A stretch of DNA of 64,000 nt from Comamonadaceae bacterium (GCA_947450645.1 CANFWH010000008.1:689-64688); one strand, 5' to 3'; numbered from the stretch's first letter, positions 22,420-32,002 are shown. Numbers and translations are program-made. The notes: generated by a model not told the origin, from the sequence alone.

Positions 22420-22688
22420 GCGCAACGATCAAAATCACGGTCAAATACTTTGCATCGATACGTGAAGCCATCGGTGTGAGCTCTGAGTCGATCTTGCTGG
22501 ATAGCATGCAAGCCATGTCGGTTATGGCTTTGCGCGATGTACTCATTGCAAAAGGTGCACCGTATGCAGATGCGTTGGCGCGTGGCAAGTCCATTCGCAC
22601 GGCGCTAAATCAAGTCATGTGCGACGAGTCGGCAAGCCTTGCGGACGGCTCTGAAGTCGCTTTCTTTCCACCTGTGACGGGGGGCTGA
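22416..22688 (+). CDS. moaD: Molybdopterin synthase sulfur-carrier subunit MoaD
   Basis: 90 aa ubiquitin-like protein ending in GG. It has ATGA overlap with moeA. Confidence 0.9.
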   Translation: MSATIKITVKYFASIREAIGVSSESILLDSMQAMSVMALRDVLIAKGAPYADALARGKSIRTALNQVMCDESASLADGSEVAFFPPVTGG

Positions 22689-22689
22689 G

Positions 22690-23157
22690 ATGACTCCTCG
22701 CGTCTCTGTTCAAATCCAAGACTTCGATGTGAGCACTGAGCTTGCCAAGCTGCGAAGCGGTGATAAGCGCGTGGGCGCAGTGTGCAGTTTTGTGGGGACG
22801 GTGCGCGACATCAACGACGGTGATGCGGTCTCGGAGCTGGAACTGGAGCACTATGAAGGCATGACGGAAAAGGCTCTGGAAGCCATGATAGACGTGGCCT
22901 GCACAAGGTTCAATATTTACGCAGCGCGGATTATTCATCGTGTGGGTCGGCTCTTGCCGCTCGACCAAATTGTGTTTGTGGCGGTCACATCCGCGCATCG
23001 GCATGAAGCATTTCAAGCGTGTGAATTTTTAATGGACTATTTAAAAACCGAAGCGCCGTTTTGGAAGAAGGAGCAGACACCAAATCGCGATCACGCTTCG
23101 CGCTGGGTGGATGCAAGAAGCAGTGACGATGACGCCATTAAACGTTGGAATGTTTGA
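22690..23157 (+). CDS. moaE: Molybdopterin synthase catalytic subunit MoaE
   Basis: 155 aa with FVGTVRD ... LEHYEGM ... APFWKKE motifs. Confidence 0.9.
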   Translation: MTPRVSVQIQDFDVSTELAKLRSGDKRVGAVCSFVGTVRDINDGDAVSELELEHYEGMTEKALEAMIDVACTRFNIYAARIIHRVGRLLPLDQIVFVAVTSAHRHEAFQACEFLMDYLKTEAPFWKKEQTPNRDHASRWVDARSSDDDAIKRWNV

Positions 23158-23169
23158 GCTGGAACTTTA

Positions 23170-23823
23170 ATGATGATGAATCACCTCAAAAAATATCTGC
23201 ATTCGTTGATCGCAAGACCTAGACTCTTGCTGTCTGTGGTGCTTGCCTTTGTCTGTTACGCCCTGCTAACGCCTTACATGCGAGCCTCGCAGGCCTTGCT
23301 CTTGGCATTTGATTTCGGCGCAGTATTCTTTTTAGTTAACATCATGCACTTGATGGCCAAAGCCACGCCAGCTGTGATGCGCCGCCGAGCGGAGCGGCAA
23401 ATTTACGGTAAATGGACGGTAGTAGTTTTGTCGGTGGTTACCATTGGCATGGTGCTTTTGGCGCTACACGACGAACTACGTGCAGGCAAAGCGCAAGCAG
23501 AGCATAGCGTTGTATTTGCGGGTCTGTCCATTGTTCTGTCGTGGCTTTTGCTGGCGACCAATTTTGCGCAGGAATATGCACATGAGTACGCGCTCAATCG
23601 GCATATCAATGATGGCGGTTTACTGTTTCCCATTACGCCAGAGCCAGAGTACTGGGACTTCATGTATTTCTCGCTCATTTTGAGCATGGCCTGTCAAACG
23701 GCGGACGTGCAAATTACTAATGGACGGATGCGTCGCCTCGCGCTTTTACATAGCGTGATGGCGTTCTTTTTTAATGTCGGCATCATCGCCATCACCATCA
23801 ATGTGCTTGGAGGTGTTTTGTGA
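23170..23823 (+). CDS. DUF1345 family inner-membrane protein
   Basis: 217 aa with about 5-6 TM segments. The family-typical block EYAHEYA ... GGLLFP...EPEYWDFMYFS ... QTADVQ is present. Confidence 0.7.
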   Translation: MMMNHLKKYLHSLIARPRLLLSVVLAFVCYALLTPYMRASQALLLAFDFGAVFFLVNIMHLMAKATPAVMRRRAERQIYGKWTVVVLSVVTIGMVLLALHDELRAGKAQAEHSVVFAGLSIVLSWLLLATNFAQEYAHEYALNRHINDGGLLFPITPEPEYWDFMYFSLILSMACQTADVQITNGRMRRLALLHSVMAFFFNVGIIAITINVLGGVL

Positions 23824-24569
23824 TTGCTCGCCAAGCCATACTGGTTGTGGCTTGCGCGAGTGCCACTCTTGCCCAAGCGGACGAACCTAACTTCAAATTC
23901 ACTACAGGTTTGTACGGCCTGAGTGGCGGAGGACAAACGGCCGCGCGGGGATTGGATGTGAATCTGCGTAACACATCCAAGCTGGGCGATCTGTGGGTCG
24001 GTTGGTATGTGCAGCCTGCGGTAAATAACGACGAAACGACGCGGCAAAAGCAATGGCGCACGGGTTGGGATAACACATTGAATGCAGGCTCGGTTCGGTT
24101 GCAACCCAGCATTCAAGCGGCCTCTGGTGGTTTTTGGGGTGGAAGCTTTGGTGTGGAGACGGGCGACACTTGGTATGCAGGAGCGGGACTTGGGCGCACC
24201 AATCTTCGTCCTTATGTCAACTTGAATTTCGATCCCAATGATGCGCTGATGGCGTCTGGCGGTTACCGATGGAGCGCGCATCAATCCTTAGGCTTTCAAT
24301 GGGTGCGTGATAACCGTCTAAACCCCGACCAGCGTCACTTTCACGCGATTTATCGGCAAGGTTTGAGTGAGTATGAGCGCGTGACCTTTGATGTTTTATC
24401 GAAAGCAGGTAGCGTGACAGATAGCGCGGGTGGCGTACAAAAAATCAACAAGTTAGGTTTATCGGCCACCTATGATTGGCATGAAAAATTTGTGCGCTTT
24501 AGCTACGACCCGAACGCCAATTTTGGCGTGCAAAACATGTGGCGTTTTTCTCTGGGTACGCGGTTCTAA
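23820..24569 (+). CDS. Secreted protein, predicted outer-membrane beta-barrel, function unknown
   Basis: 249 aa with a signal peptide (ACASATLAQA/DE). It is rich in alternating aromatic/Gly strands and ends with an OMP-type signature ...WRFSLGTRF. The GTG start overlaps the DUF1345 stop (GTGA). Confidence 0.55.
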   Translation: MIARQAILVVACASATLAQADEPNFKFTTGLYGLSGGGQTAARGLDVNLRNTSKLGDLWVGWYVQPAVNNDETTRQKQWRTGWDNTLNAGSVRLQPSIQAASGGFWGGSFGVETGDTWYAGAGLGRTNLRPYVNLNFDPNDALMASGGYRWSAHQSLGFQWVRDNRLNPDQRHFHAIYRQGLSEYERVTFDVLSKAGSVTDSAGGVQKINKLGLSATYDWHEKFVRFSYDPNANFGVQNMWRFSLGTRF

Positions 24570-24576
24570 GTTAAGC

Positions 24577-26058
24577 ATGACGAGCATTGTCCTTACTACA
24601 CTGAACGCCCGCTACACCCACGCCAGTATGGGTTTGCGCTGTTTGCGGGCGAATCTTGGTGAGCTGCGAGAGGACTCTGTGATTGATGAGTTCATCGTCG
24701 GTCAACAGACGAATGAAATCGTCGAAAAGCTTTTGGCACATCGACCCAAAATCATCGGCTTTGGTGTGTACATCTGGAATGTGGATGAGACCACCAAGAT
24801 CGTTGCTTTATTGAAACGCGTCGCACCTGAAGTCGTGGTTATTCTTGGTGGCCCCGAGGTGAGTTTTGAAATGGACGAGCAGCGCATCTGCCAGTTGGCA
24901 GACTATGTCATTACAGGCTGGGGCGATGTGACCTTTCGCAAAGTAGTCGAAGCTGTATTGCATGGGCCCAAGCCGCTCATGAAAGTTCATGCTGGTGAGC
25001 AGCCACCGCTGTCAGAAATTGCCATGCCGTATGGCGAATACATGGACGAGGATATTGCCCACCGTACGCTCTACGTCGAGGCGAGCCGTGGCTGTCCGTT
25101 TAAGTGCGAATTTTGTCTCTCGGCGCTCGATAAAACAGCATGGCCGTTTGAAACAGAAGCGTTTTTGGCGCAGATGGAGACGCTCTATCAGCGCGGTGCA
25201 AGGCAGTTCAAGTTTGTCGATCGCACTTTCAATTTGAATGCCAAGGTGAGCCTCAAGATTTTGCAATTCTTTTTGGATCGATGGACGGAAGCTGATCCAA
25301 TTTACGCTCACTTTGAGCTTGTCCCCGATCATTTACCAGATGTGCTGAAAGAGACGATTGCTAAGTTCCCCGCTGGCGCGCTGCAGTTTGAAATTGGCAT
25401 CCAAACTTTCAACACTGATGTGCAGGCCTTGGTCAGCCGCAAGCAAAACAACGACAAGGCGGCGGAGAATTTACGCTGGCTGCATACCCAGAGTAGGGCG
25501 CACATGCACGTCGATTTGATTGCGGGTTTGCCAGGAGAGAGTATGCAAAGCTTTGGCGCGGGCTTTGATCGCTTGGTGGGGCTTGGGCCGCATGAAATTC
25601 AACTCGGCATTTTGAAGCGCCTGCGCGGCACGCCCATCATCAGGCACACCGTGCCGTACCGCATGACGTTTAGCCCCGACGCGCCGTATGAAATCGTGGC
25701 GAATCAAGACCTGAGCTTTAACGACATGCAGCGCATGAGTCGCTTTGCTCGCTATTGGGACTTGGTGGCGAACTCGGGACGCTTTGCGAACACGTTGCCC
25801 TTGCTGCTCGGCACGCGCCCTGAAGATTCCGCATTCAATAACTTCATGATGTTTGCCGACTGGCTCTATGCCACGACAAGCAAGACGCATCAGTTTGCGC
25901 TAGAGCGATTGTTTGAGTTTGTGCAACGCTATTTGGCTCTGACGCAAGATGTAGAGGCGGTTGATTCGGCTATCGCTATCGACAAAGAGCGAGCGCAAAT
26001 CAAGACACGAAGTGTCAAACTACAAAGGCAGCAAAGACACGAGACCCTATCGAAATGA
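24577..26058 (+). CDS. B12-binding domain-containing radical SAM protein (DUF4080-type)
   Basis: N-terminal B12-binding-like domain, a radical SAM CxxxCxxC motif (RGCPFKCEFC), and a long C-terminal helical domain. The start is placed at the ATG (MTSIVLTTLNARYTH) just after the upstream stop. The ORF-track start at 24472 overlaps the preceding gene. Confidence 0.8.
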   Translation: MTSIVLTTLNARYTHASMGLRCLRANLGELREDSVIDEFIVGQQTNEIVEKLLAHRPKIIGFGVYIWNVDETTKIVALLKRVAPEVVVILGGPEVSFEMDEQRICQLADYVITGWGDVTFRKVVEAVLHGPKPLMKVHAGEQPPLSEIAMPYGEYMDEDIAHRTLYVEASRGCPFKCEFCLSALDKTAWPFETEAFLAQMETLYQRGARQFKFVDRTFNLNAKVSLKILQFFLDRWTEADPIYAHFELVPDHLPDVLKETIAKFPAGALQFEIGIQTFNTDVQALVSRKQNNDKAAENLRWLHTQSRAHMHVDLIAGLPGESMQSFGAGFDRLVGLGPHEIQLGILKRLRGTPIIRHTVPYRMTFSPDAPYEIVANQDLSFNDMQRMSRFARYWDLVANSGRFANTLPLLLGTRPEDSAFNNFMMFADWLYATTSKTHQFALERLFEFVQRYLALTQDVEAVDSAIAIDKERAQIKTRSVKLQRQQRHETLSK

Positions 26059-26068
26059 AAGTAATTAA

Positions 26069-26512
26069 ATGAAAGTAGTGCTCTACACCGATGGCGCATG
26101 CAAAGGAAATCCTGGTCCTGGTGGATGGGGTGCACTCTTGCAGACCACAACGGATAAGGGCTTGGCCGAGCGCGAGCTGTGCGGCGGCGAACGTGAGACA
26201 ACCAATAATCGAATGGAAATGATGGCGGTGATTGAGGGCTTGTCGGCCCTGACGCGTCCCTGTAACGTGACGATTTATTTGGACAGCAAGTACGTCATGC
26301 AAGGCATCACCGAGTGGATTACAGGCTGGAAGGCGCGTGGTTGGAAGACTGCGGCCAAGCAGCCTGTGAAGAATGTGGATTTGTGGCAGAGGCTTGATGC
26401 TGTAGTAGCTAACTCAGGCCACACGATTGACTGGCAATGGGTGAAGGGTCACGCAGGCAATGCTGGCAATGAACGAGCGGATGGTTTAGCCAACAAAGGC
26501 ATTCCAGCGTAA
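26069..26512 (+). CDS. rnhA: Ribonuclease HI
   Basis: 147 aa. [18 protein letters not shown] ... TNNRMEMMA ... [14 protein letters not shown]. Confidence 0.95.
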   Translation: MKVVLYTDGACKGNPGPGGWGALLQTTTDKGLAERELCGGERETTNNRMEMMAVIEGLSALTRPCNVTIYLDSKYVMQGITEWITGWKARGWKTAAKQPVKNVDLWQRLDAVVANSGHTIDWQWVKGHAGNAGNERADGLANKGIPA

Positions 26513-26514
26513 GA

Positions 26515-27060
26515 CTAGCTGGCTAGCGCGGCGGACGCGGCCATTTTTGGCGTGTGAATTCGCTGCTTTAAATTTTTGAGTAACCAAACAATCTGGCGGC
26601 TTGAACGTGCATATTGGCCTGTGAGTGCGGCGTAGGCTTCTTCGATTTTGTCTGCGCGTGCCAAGCTAATGGCGTCAGCAGCAGCATTGACGAATCGCTC
26701 GTGCATGCTCTGCAACATAGGGAACGATGGATCACCTTCGACATATCTCTTTTCAGGTCCTTGCTGCAATTTCGTCAGTCCACTGAGCGTTGCTGAACGA
26801 ACTTGACGAGCATCCAAGTGTTCTGGCCATACGCCTGTGCTATAGGCTTGCTGGATCGCGCGCTCTAGCGCTAGAGCCATGCTTTCATGTTCGGCAATCG
26901 TTAGATCAATTGTTTGGGCTGCTGGCAGCAAAACGTTTGTGTGAAGCATCCAAGCGGCCTTTTGTGTATGTGCAAATGAAACCGTAGGGTTAAAAGCGTT
27001 TCCCATATCAATGATGTAAACATCAGTCCCAGGTACAGAAATTAAATTTGTATTAAACAT
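26515..27060 (-). CDS. Hypothetical protein (no family recognised)
   Basis: 181-aa ORF with no overlap to other calls, no signal peptide and no TM segment. The C-terminal half is helical-looking. An AT-rich divergent promoter-like region lies upstream (27061-27219). It is called coding because it fills a gap the size of a gene. Confidence 0.5.
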   Translation of the reverse strand: MFNTNLISVPGTDVYIIDMGNAFNPTVSFAHTQKAAWMLHTNVLLPAAQTIDLTIAEHESMALALERAIQQAYSTGVWPEHLDARQVRSATLSGLTKLQQGPEKRYVEGDPSFPMLQSMHERFVNAAADAISLARADKIEEAYAALTGQYARSSRQIVWLLKNLKQRIHTPKMAASAALAS

Positions 27061-27219
27061 AATGATTAACTTTCATTTAAAAATAGTGAAAATTACGATA
27101 ACAGTATTAGTTTACCATCAATTAAGAAAAAAGTGTCAATTATTTTTTTTAGGGTATTCCTGCATAGCTAAGAAGTTCACTTTGTTGAAAAATAGCGGCT
27201 TATCAGCAAGGATTTCAGA

Positions 27220-28182
27220 ATGAAAAAATGGGTTCTTATCGTTGTTAGTTTGTGTTTCTCGCCTTTGGCCTTGCAGGCTCAGGGGGTATGGCCGAACAAA
27301 CCTGTCAAGATCGTGATTGGTTTTCCGACGGGCGGTGCGCCTGATATCTTGGCGCGGGTATTGGCTGAAAAGTGGGCGTCGCTTGGGCAGGCCGTGACGG
27401 TAGAAAACAAGCCGGGCGCAGGTGGAAACATTGGTGCGGATTTTGTGGCGAAGAGTGCGCCCGATGGCTATACGCTTTTAGTGGGGACGGTTGGTTCGCA
27501 AACGATTAATCCATCGCTGTATAGCAAGATGCCCTATAACGCGGCAACGGACTTCACGCCGATTTCGTTTTTAGGTAGCACGCCTAATTTACTAGTCGTT
27601 AACAACAGCGTGCCCGCCAAGTCCGTTAAAGAGTTGATTGATCTTGCTAAAGCCAAGCCCGATACGCTTAGTTACGGCTCACCTGGTAATGGCACATCGA
27701 ATCACATGTCGGGCGAAATGTTCAACATTCAAGCAGGCGTGAAAACGCGCCACGTGCCGTATCGCGGGCGTGCGCAGGCGATTCCAGATTTGCTGGGGGG
27801 GCACATTACCATGATGTTTGACAACATGCCTTCTAGCCTGCCATTGGTCAAAGCTGGCGAGCTGCGCGGCTTAGCAGTGACCAGTGCCAAGCGCTCGCCT
27901 GCTGCACCTAACATTCCCACGATGGCGGAGTCTGGTCTGCCGGCCTATGAAGCCACATCGTGGTTTGCCGTATTTGGCCCCGCCAAAATGCCGCGTGATG
28001 TGGTGATAAAGATCAATCAAGAAGTGATTCGCGCCATTAATTTCCCAGATGTCAAAGAGAAGTTGTTTCAGCTGGGACTGGATATGCAGCCTGGCACGCC
28101 AGAGGCGCTGGATGTACTGATTCAAAGCGAGACGATTAAGTGGGCGAAGGTAGTCAAGGAGTCAGGTGCGAAAATCGACTGA
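27220..28182 (+). CDS. Bug family (TctC-like) tripartite tricarboxylate transporter substrate-binding protein
   Basis: 320 aa with a signal peptide, WPNKPVKIVIGFPTGGAPD, and NKPGAGGNIG, which are the hallmarks of Bug/TctC proteins. Confidence 0.9.
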   Translation: MKKWVLIVVSLCFSPLALQAQGVWPNKPVKIVIGFPTGGAPDILARVLAEKWASLGQAVTVENKPGAGGNIGADFVAKSAPDGYTLLVGTVGSQTINPSLYSKMPYNAATDFTPISFLGSTPNLLVVNNSVPAKSVKELIDLAKAKPDTLSYGSPGNGTSNHMSGEMFNIQAGVKTRHVPYRGRAQAIPDLLGGHITMMFDNMPSSLPLVKAGELRGLAVTSAKRSPAAPNIPTMAESGLPAYEATSWFAVFGPAKMPRDVVIKINQEVIRAINFPDVKEKLFQLGLDMQPGTPEALDVLIQSETIKWAKVVKESGAKID

Positions 28183-30203
28183 TGACTGAACTATCTGTGC
28201 TGACGGCGCAGGCTTTTGCGCCAACTGGCGCATTGGCTCGCGCGGCGACTTTATCCAAACAAAACTATCAAGCCCGTGAAGGCCAGCAGCACATGGCCAG
28301 CGCCATTGCGGATGCCATCGCCCTACGCTCTAGCGTAGTGGTGGAGGCGGGCACGGGCGTTGGCAAGACCTTTGCCTACCTTGTACCAGCGGTGCTCAGT
28401 GGCTCGAGAGTCGTGGTATCCACAGCGACCAAAAACTTGCAAGACCAACTTTATTCGCGTGACCTGCCCGCAGTGACTGAAGCCCTGGGAATTCCTGTGC
28501 GAACCGCATTGCTTAAAGGGCGATCCAGCTACTTATGCCTAAGCCGCATGGACACCGCCTTGCACGGCAGCAATGCGTCGGAGCGACTGCTGGGCAAGGC
28601 TTTGGCCGAAATCTCGAAATGGTCTAAGACGACATTGACGGGCGATTTAGCAGAAATGACGGGACTCGATGAGCGCTCGCCCGTACTGCCACTTGTCACT
28701 TCGACACGTGAAAACTGCCTAGGTTCGGAGTGCTCTAAAGCTAAAGAATGCTATGTTAACTTGGCGCGCAAAGAAGCGCTTTCAGCCGACATTGTGGTGG
28801 TGAATCATCATTTGTTTTTTGCTGATATGGCCGTGCGTGAATCGGGTGTGGCGCAAATTTTGCCAACCGCTGAGGTCGTCATTTTTGATGAGGCGCATCA
28901 AATCAACGAAATTGGCGTTGGATTTTTAGCTAAACAACTCAGCTCGCCGCAGCTGATCGACTTCGCGCGAGACTTGCTGGCTGTGGGTTTGCAGCATGCA
29001 CGTGGTTTGGTGGAGTGGTCTACGGTAGCGCAGGCACTCGAGTACGCGACCAAAGATTTGCGCCTTGCAGTGGGCAAACAAAATTATGCCTCGCGTCTTG
29101 GATGGACGGGCGCTGTGCCTGATGGTGTGGACGTGCATAGTTGGGAGCGTGGTCTTGCAGGCATTACGCAAGCGCTAATGCAGGCAGACGTAGCACTTGG
29201 CGTTGTGGCTGAAATGAGTCCTGAATTTGTTCGCCTTGCCGAACGTGCGCTAGAACTCGCGGATCTCGTACAAGCCTTTATACATAGGGCATCCGTCGAT
29301 ACAGTGCGCTGGTTAGAGGTGGGTGCGCAAATCAAATTGGTAGAGTCGCCACTCGATATTGCCGATGTGGTGCGCAAGCAGTGGTTTCCTGAATCTGAAT
29401 CTCCTTCCGGCACGCCAACAGTCTCGCAGCGAAGTTGGATTTTTACTTCCGCAACACTGGGCAGCGATGTCCAGCTTTCTTGGTTCTTGGAAGGCTGTGG
29501 TTTGCAAGGTCTCGCGCCTGAGCAATTGCAGGTGCTGCGCGTGAGCAGCCCCTTTAATTACGAAGTGCAGTCGGCGCTGTATGTGCCGTCAAATTTTCCT
29601 AAACCCAACGAACCAGATCACACGGCTCGTGTGGCCGATATTGCCCTAGAAGCCTTGCGGGGGTTGGCTGGGCGCACTTTGGTGCTTACCACTACTCTAA
29701 AAGCGCTACGGCAAATTGGTGAGACGCTGACCGAGGCTTTGGTGGGTACGGAGATCAATGTTTTGGTGCAAGGACAGCAATCGAAGCGTGAGCTGATTGA
29801 GCGGTTTCGCGCTAAAGATCAAGCCTCGGTGCTGGTGGCATCGGCTTCATTTTGGGAGGGCGTGGATATAGCAGGTGATGCGCTGCAATGCGTCATCATT
29901 GATAAATTACCTTTTCCTCCTCCCAATGATCCGCTAGTTGAGGCGCGCAGCAAGCGCTTAGAAGCGCAAGGCCGTAGTAGCTTTAACGACTACTCTGTGC
30001 CCGAGGCCGCGATTGCGCTCAAGCAGGGGACGGGAAGACTAATTCGTAGCGAAGGCGATATTGGCGTACTTGTGGTGTGCGACCCGCGCCTTGTGCAAAT
30101 GGGGTATGGCAAACGTTTGATTGCGAGCTTGCCAACGATGCCCATTTTGCGAACCACAGAGGCTTGGCAGCAGTGGTTAGGGCTTTTGCGCGCCACTCAC
30201 TAA
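28182..30203 (+). CDS. ATP-dependent DNA helicase, DinG/YoaA (XPD-like, Fe-S) family
   Basis: Walker A EAGTGVGKT, DEAH box (FDEAHQ), and four Cys between motifs I and II (CLSR ... C.GSEC ... C). The start at ATG 28182 forms ATGA with the Bug stop. The ORF-track start at 28140 lies inside the Bug gene. Confidence 0.85.
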   Translation: MTELSVLTAQAFAPTGALARAATLSKQNYQAREGQQHMASAIADAIALRSSVVVEAGTGVGKTFAYLVPAVLSGSRVVVSTATKNLQDQLYSRDLPAVTEALGIPVRTALLKGRSSYLCLSRMDTALHGSNASERLLGKALAEISKWSKTTLTGDLAEMTGLDERSPVLPLVTSTRENCLGSECSKAKECYVNLARKEALSADIVVVNHHLFFADMAVRESGVAQILPTAEVVIFDEAHQINEIGVGFLAKQLSSPQLIDFARDLLAVGLQHARGLVEWSTVAQALEYATKDLRLAVGKQNYASRLGWTGAVPDGVDVHSWERGLAGITQALMQADVALGVVAEMSPEFVRLAERALELADLVQAFIHRASVDTVRWLEVGAQIKLVESPLDIADVVRKQWFPESESPSGTPTVSQRSWIFTSATLGSDVQLSWFLEGCGLQGLAPEQLQVLRVSSPFNYEVQSALYVPSNFPKPNEPDHTARVADIALEALRGLAGRTLVLTTTLKALRQIGETLTEALVGTEINVLVQGQQSKRELIERFRAKDQASVLVASASFWEGVDIAGDALQCVIIDKLPFPPPNDPLVEARSKRLEAQGRSSFNDYSVPEAAIALKQGTGRLIRSEGDIGVLVVCDPRLVQMGYGKRLIASLPTMPILRTTEAWQQWLGLLRATH

Positions 30204-30959
30204 TTTATTTTTAGGGAAATTTTTCGCCATTACGCGCTTAGCGTCGTCGCGTAAATCAGTGCTGCCAAGTGCATCGTATGCCTGAATCAAAACCGTTAAA
30301 GCATCTTCCATCACAACCGTGTTAGGGTACTCAGCAATGGCCGCTTGCGCACGGTTAGCCGCAGCCAGATGTGCGCCACGGCTGGCGTAGTAGCGCGCCA
30401 CGTGCAGCTCGTACGCGGCCAGTGTATTGAGTATGTACGCCATACGCGCTAGTGCGTCAGGCGTGTATTTGGATTCTGGAAAGCGTGTGGTGAGTTGTTT
30501 GAAAGTGGCGTACGCTTCTTTAGATGCTTTTTGATCGCGGTCATCTAATTGCTGCCCCGTAAAGCCACTTAAAAATCCGAGATCACCATTGAAGTTGACG
30601 AGACCACGAAGGTAGAGAGCGTAATCGATGAGTGGACTAGCGGGATGCAGGCGCATAAAGCGATCCAGTGTGACCATAGCTTCAGCTTGCGATCCAGCTT
30701 TATACTGCGCATAAGCTTTTTCCACTTGCGCTTGCTGCCCAAGCGGTGTACCAATGGCTCGTGTCTCTAGCTTTTCATAGTAGCCAGCAGCTTTTTCATA
30801 ACCACCATTGTTCATTTCGTCTTTGGCTTCTTGATAAAGTTTATCTGTAGACCAGTCCTTGGTAATGTCGTCTAGATTGCCGCAACCTTGGAGCAGCACA
30901 ATGACACACGCGAAGCACACTCGCCAAAAATTAGCCATAGAAAGTAAAGATGAGCGCAC
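30177..30959 (-). CDS. bamD: Outer membrane protein assembly factor BamD
   Basis: Lipobox LLQGC, TPR-like repeats (YQEAKDEMNNGGYEKAAGYYEKL), and the conserved divergent pairing with rluD. Start uncertain: GTG 30959 overlaps the rluD start, and ATG 30938 (MANFWRVCF...) is an alternative. Confidence 0.85.
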   Translation of the reverse strand: MRSSLLSMANFWRVCFACVIVLLQGCGNLDDITKDWSTDKLYQEAKDEMNNGGYEKAAGYYEKLETRAIGTPLGQQAQVEKAYAQYKAGSQAEAMVTLDRFMRLHPASPLIDYALYLRGLVNFNGDLGFLSGFTGQQLDDRDQKASKEAYATFKQLTTRFPESKYTPDALARMAYILNTLAAYELHVARYYASRGAHLAAANRAQAAIAEYPNTVVMEDALTVLIQAYDALGSTDLRDDAKRVMAKNFPKNKLVSGAQKP

Positions 30960-31981
30960 AGGTTATCCCAGAAAAAAAAGTCAATTTGATTATAGACAGC
31001 GAGCATGAAGATGCGATTGAAACTGGCGATCTGACTGATTCAATTGAAACGCGACTGCATACTGTCACATACGAGCAAAGCGATATGCGATTTGATCGCA
31101 TCGTGGCGCTGGCTGTCCCCGAGTTTTCGCGCAGCTATTTGCAGCAGCTGATTGAGCAATCGTTCGTCACACTGAACGGCGTGATTGCCACAAAATCATC
31201 CAAACATCTGCGCGAAGGCGACGAGCTAGTGATACAGCTTCGCCCGACCGAGCAAAGCCAAGCCTATGTGCCCGAGGATGTGCCTGTTGAAGTGGTGTAC
31301 GAAGATATGTACCTGCTCATCGTCAACAAGCCAGCAGGATTGGTGGTTCATCCAGCACCAGGTAATTGGCGCGGCACGTTGCTTAATGGTCTGCTGAATA
31401 AATATCCAGACGCAAAACATTTGCCGCGCGCGGGCATCGTTCATCGGCTCGACAAAGACACCAGTGGACTGATGGTCGTGGCAAAAACACGGCTTTGTAT
31501 GGATGCACTGGTGAAGTTGATTTCTAGCCGAGAAGTGGCTCGCGAGTACTTCGCGATTGCCCACGGCGCGTGGCGTAATTCGGATGAGCACGAGTTTGAG
31601 GACGACGCACCTGATAGAATCGTGACTCAGTCCATTGGGCGCGATCAAAAAAATCGACTCAAAATGGCAGCGTTTGACCCGCTGAGTGGTCACGCAAAAC
31701 CCGCTCGCACTGACATTTATGTCCTGCAGCAAAACGATGATTTCACATGGGTGGAGTGCAAACTCCACACGGGACGTACGCATCAAATTCGCGTGCACAT
31801 GGCCTATTTGGGGCATCCGCTGGTGGCGGACGCAACCTACGGCGGCAAACCCGCGCTAGGCCTGACACGCCAAGCTTTGCATGCCAAGCGATTGGCTTTT
31901 ACGCATCCGATGACGGGTGCCGAGATGGAATTTTTATCCCCACTGCCGCTTGACCTTGAGGCCGCAAAAGATGGCATTTAA
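30950..31981 (+). CDS. rluD: 23S rRNA pseudouridine synthase RluD
   Basis: S4 domain followed by the RluA-family catalytic motif HRLDKDTSGLMVVAK and HTGRTHQIRVH. The N-terminus is longer than in E. coli, so the start is uncertain. Confidence 0.9.
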   Translation: MSAQVIPEKKVNLIIDSEHEDAIETGDLTDSIETRLHTVTYEQSDMRFDRIVALAVPEFSRSYLQQLIEQSFVTLNGVIATKSSKHLREGDELVIQLRPTEQSQAYVPEDVPVEVVYEDMYLLIVNKPAGLVVHPAPGNWRGTLLNGLLNKYPDAKHLPRAGIVHRLDKDTSGLMVVAKTRLCMDALVKLISSREVAREYFAIAHGAWRNSDEHEFEDDAPDRIVTQSIGRDQKNRLKMAAFDPLSGHAKPARTDIYVLQQNDDFTWVECKLHTGRTHQIRVHMAYLGHPLVADATYGGKPALGLTRQALHAKRLAFTHPMTGAEMEFLSPLPLDLEAAKDGI

Positions 31982-32002
31982 AAGATACTTTTTAATTGAT
32001 GT

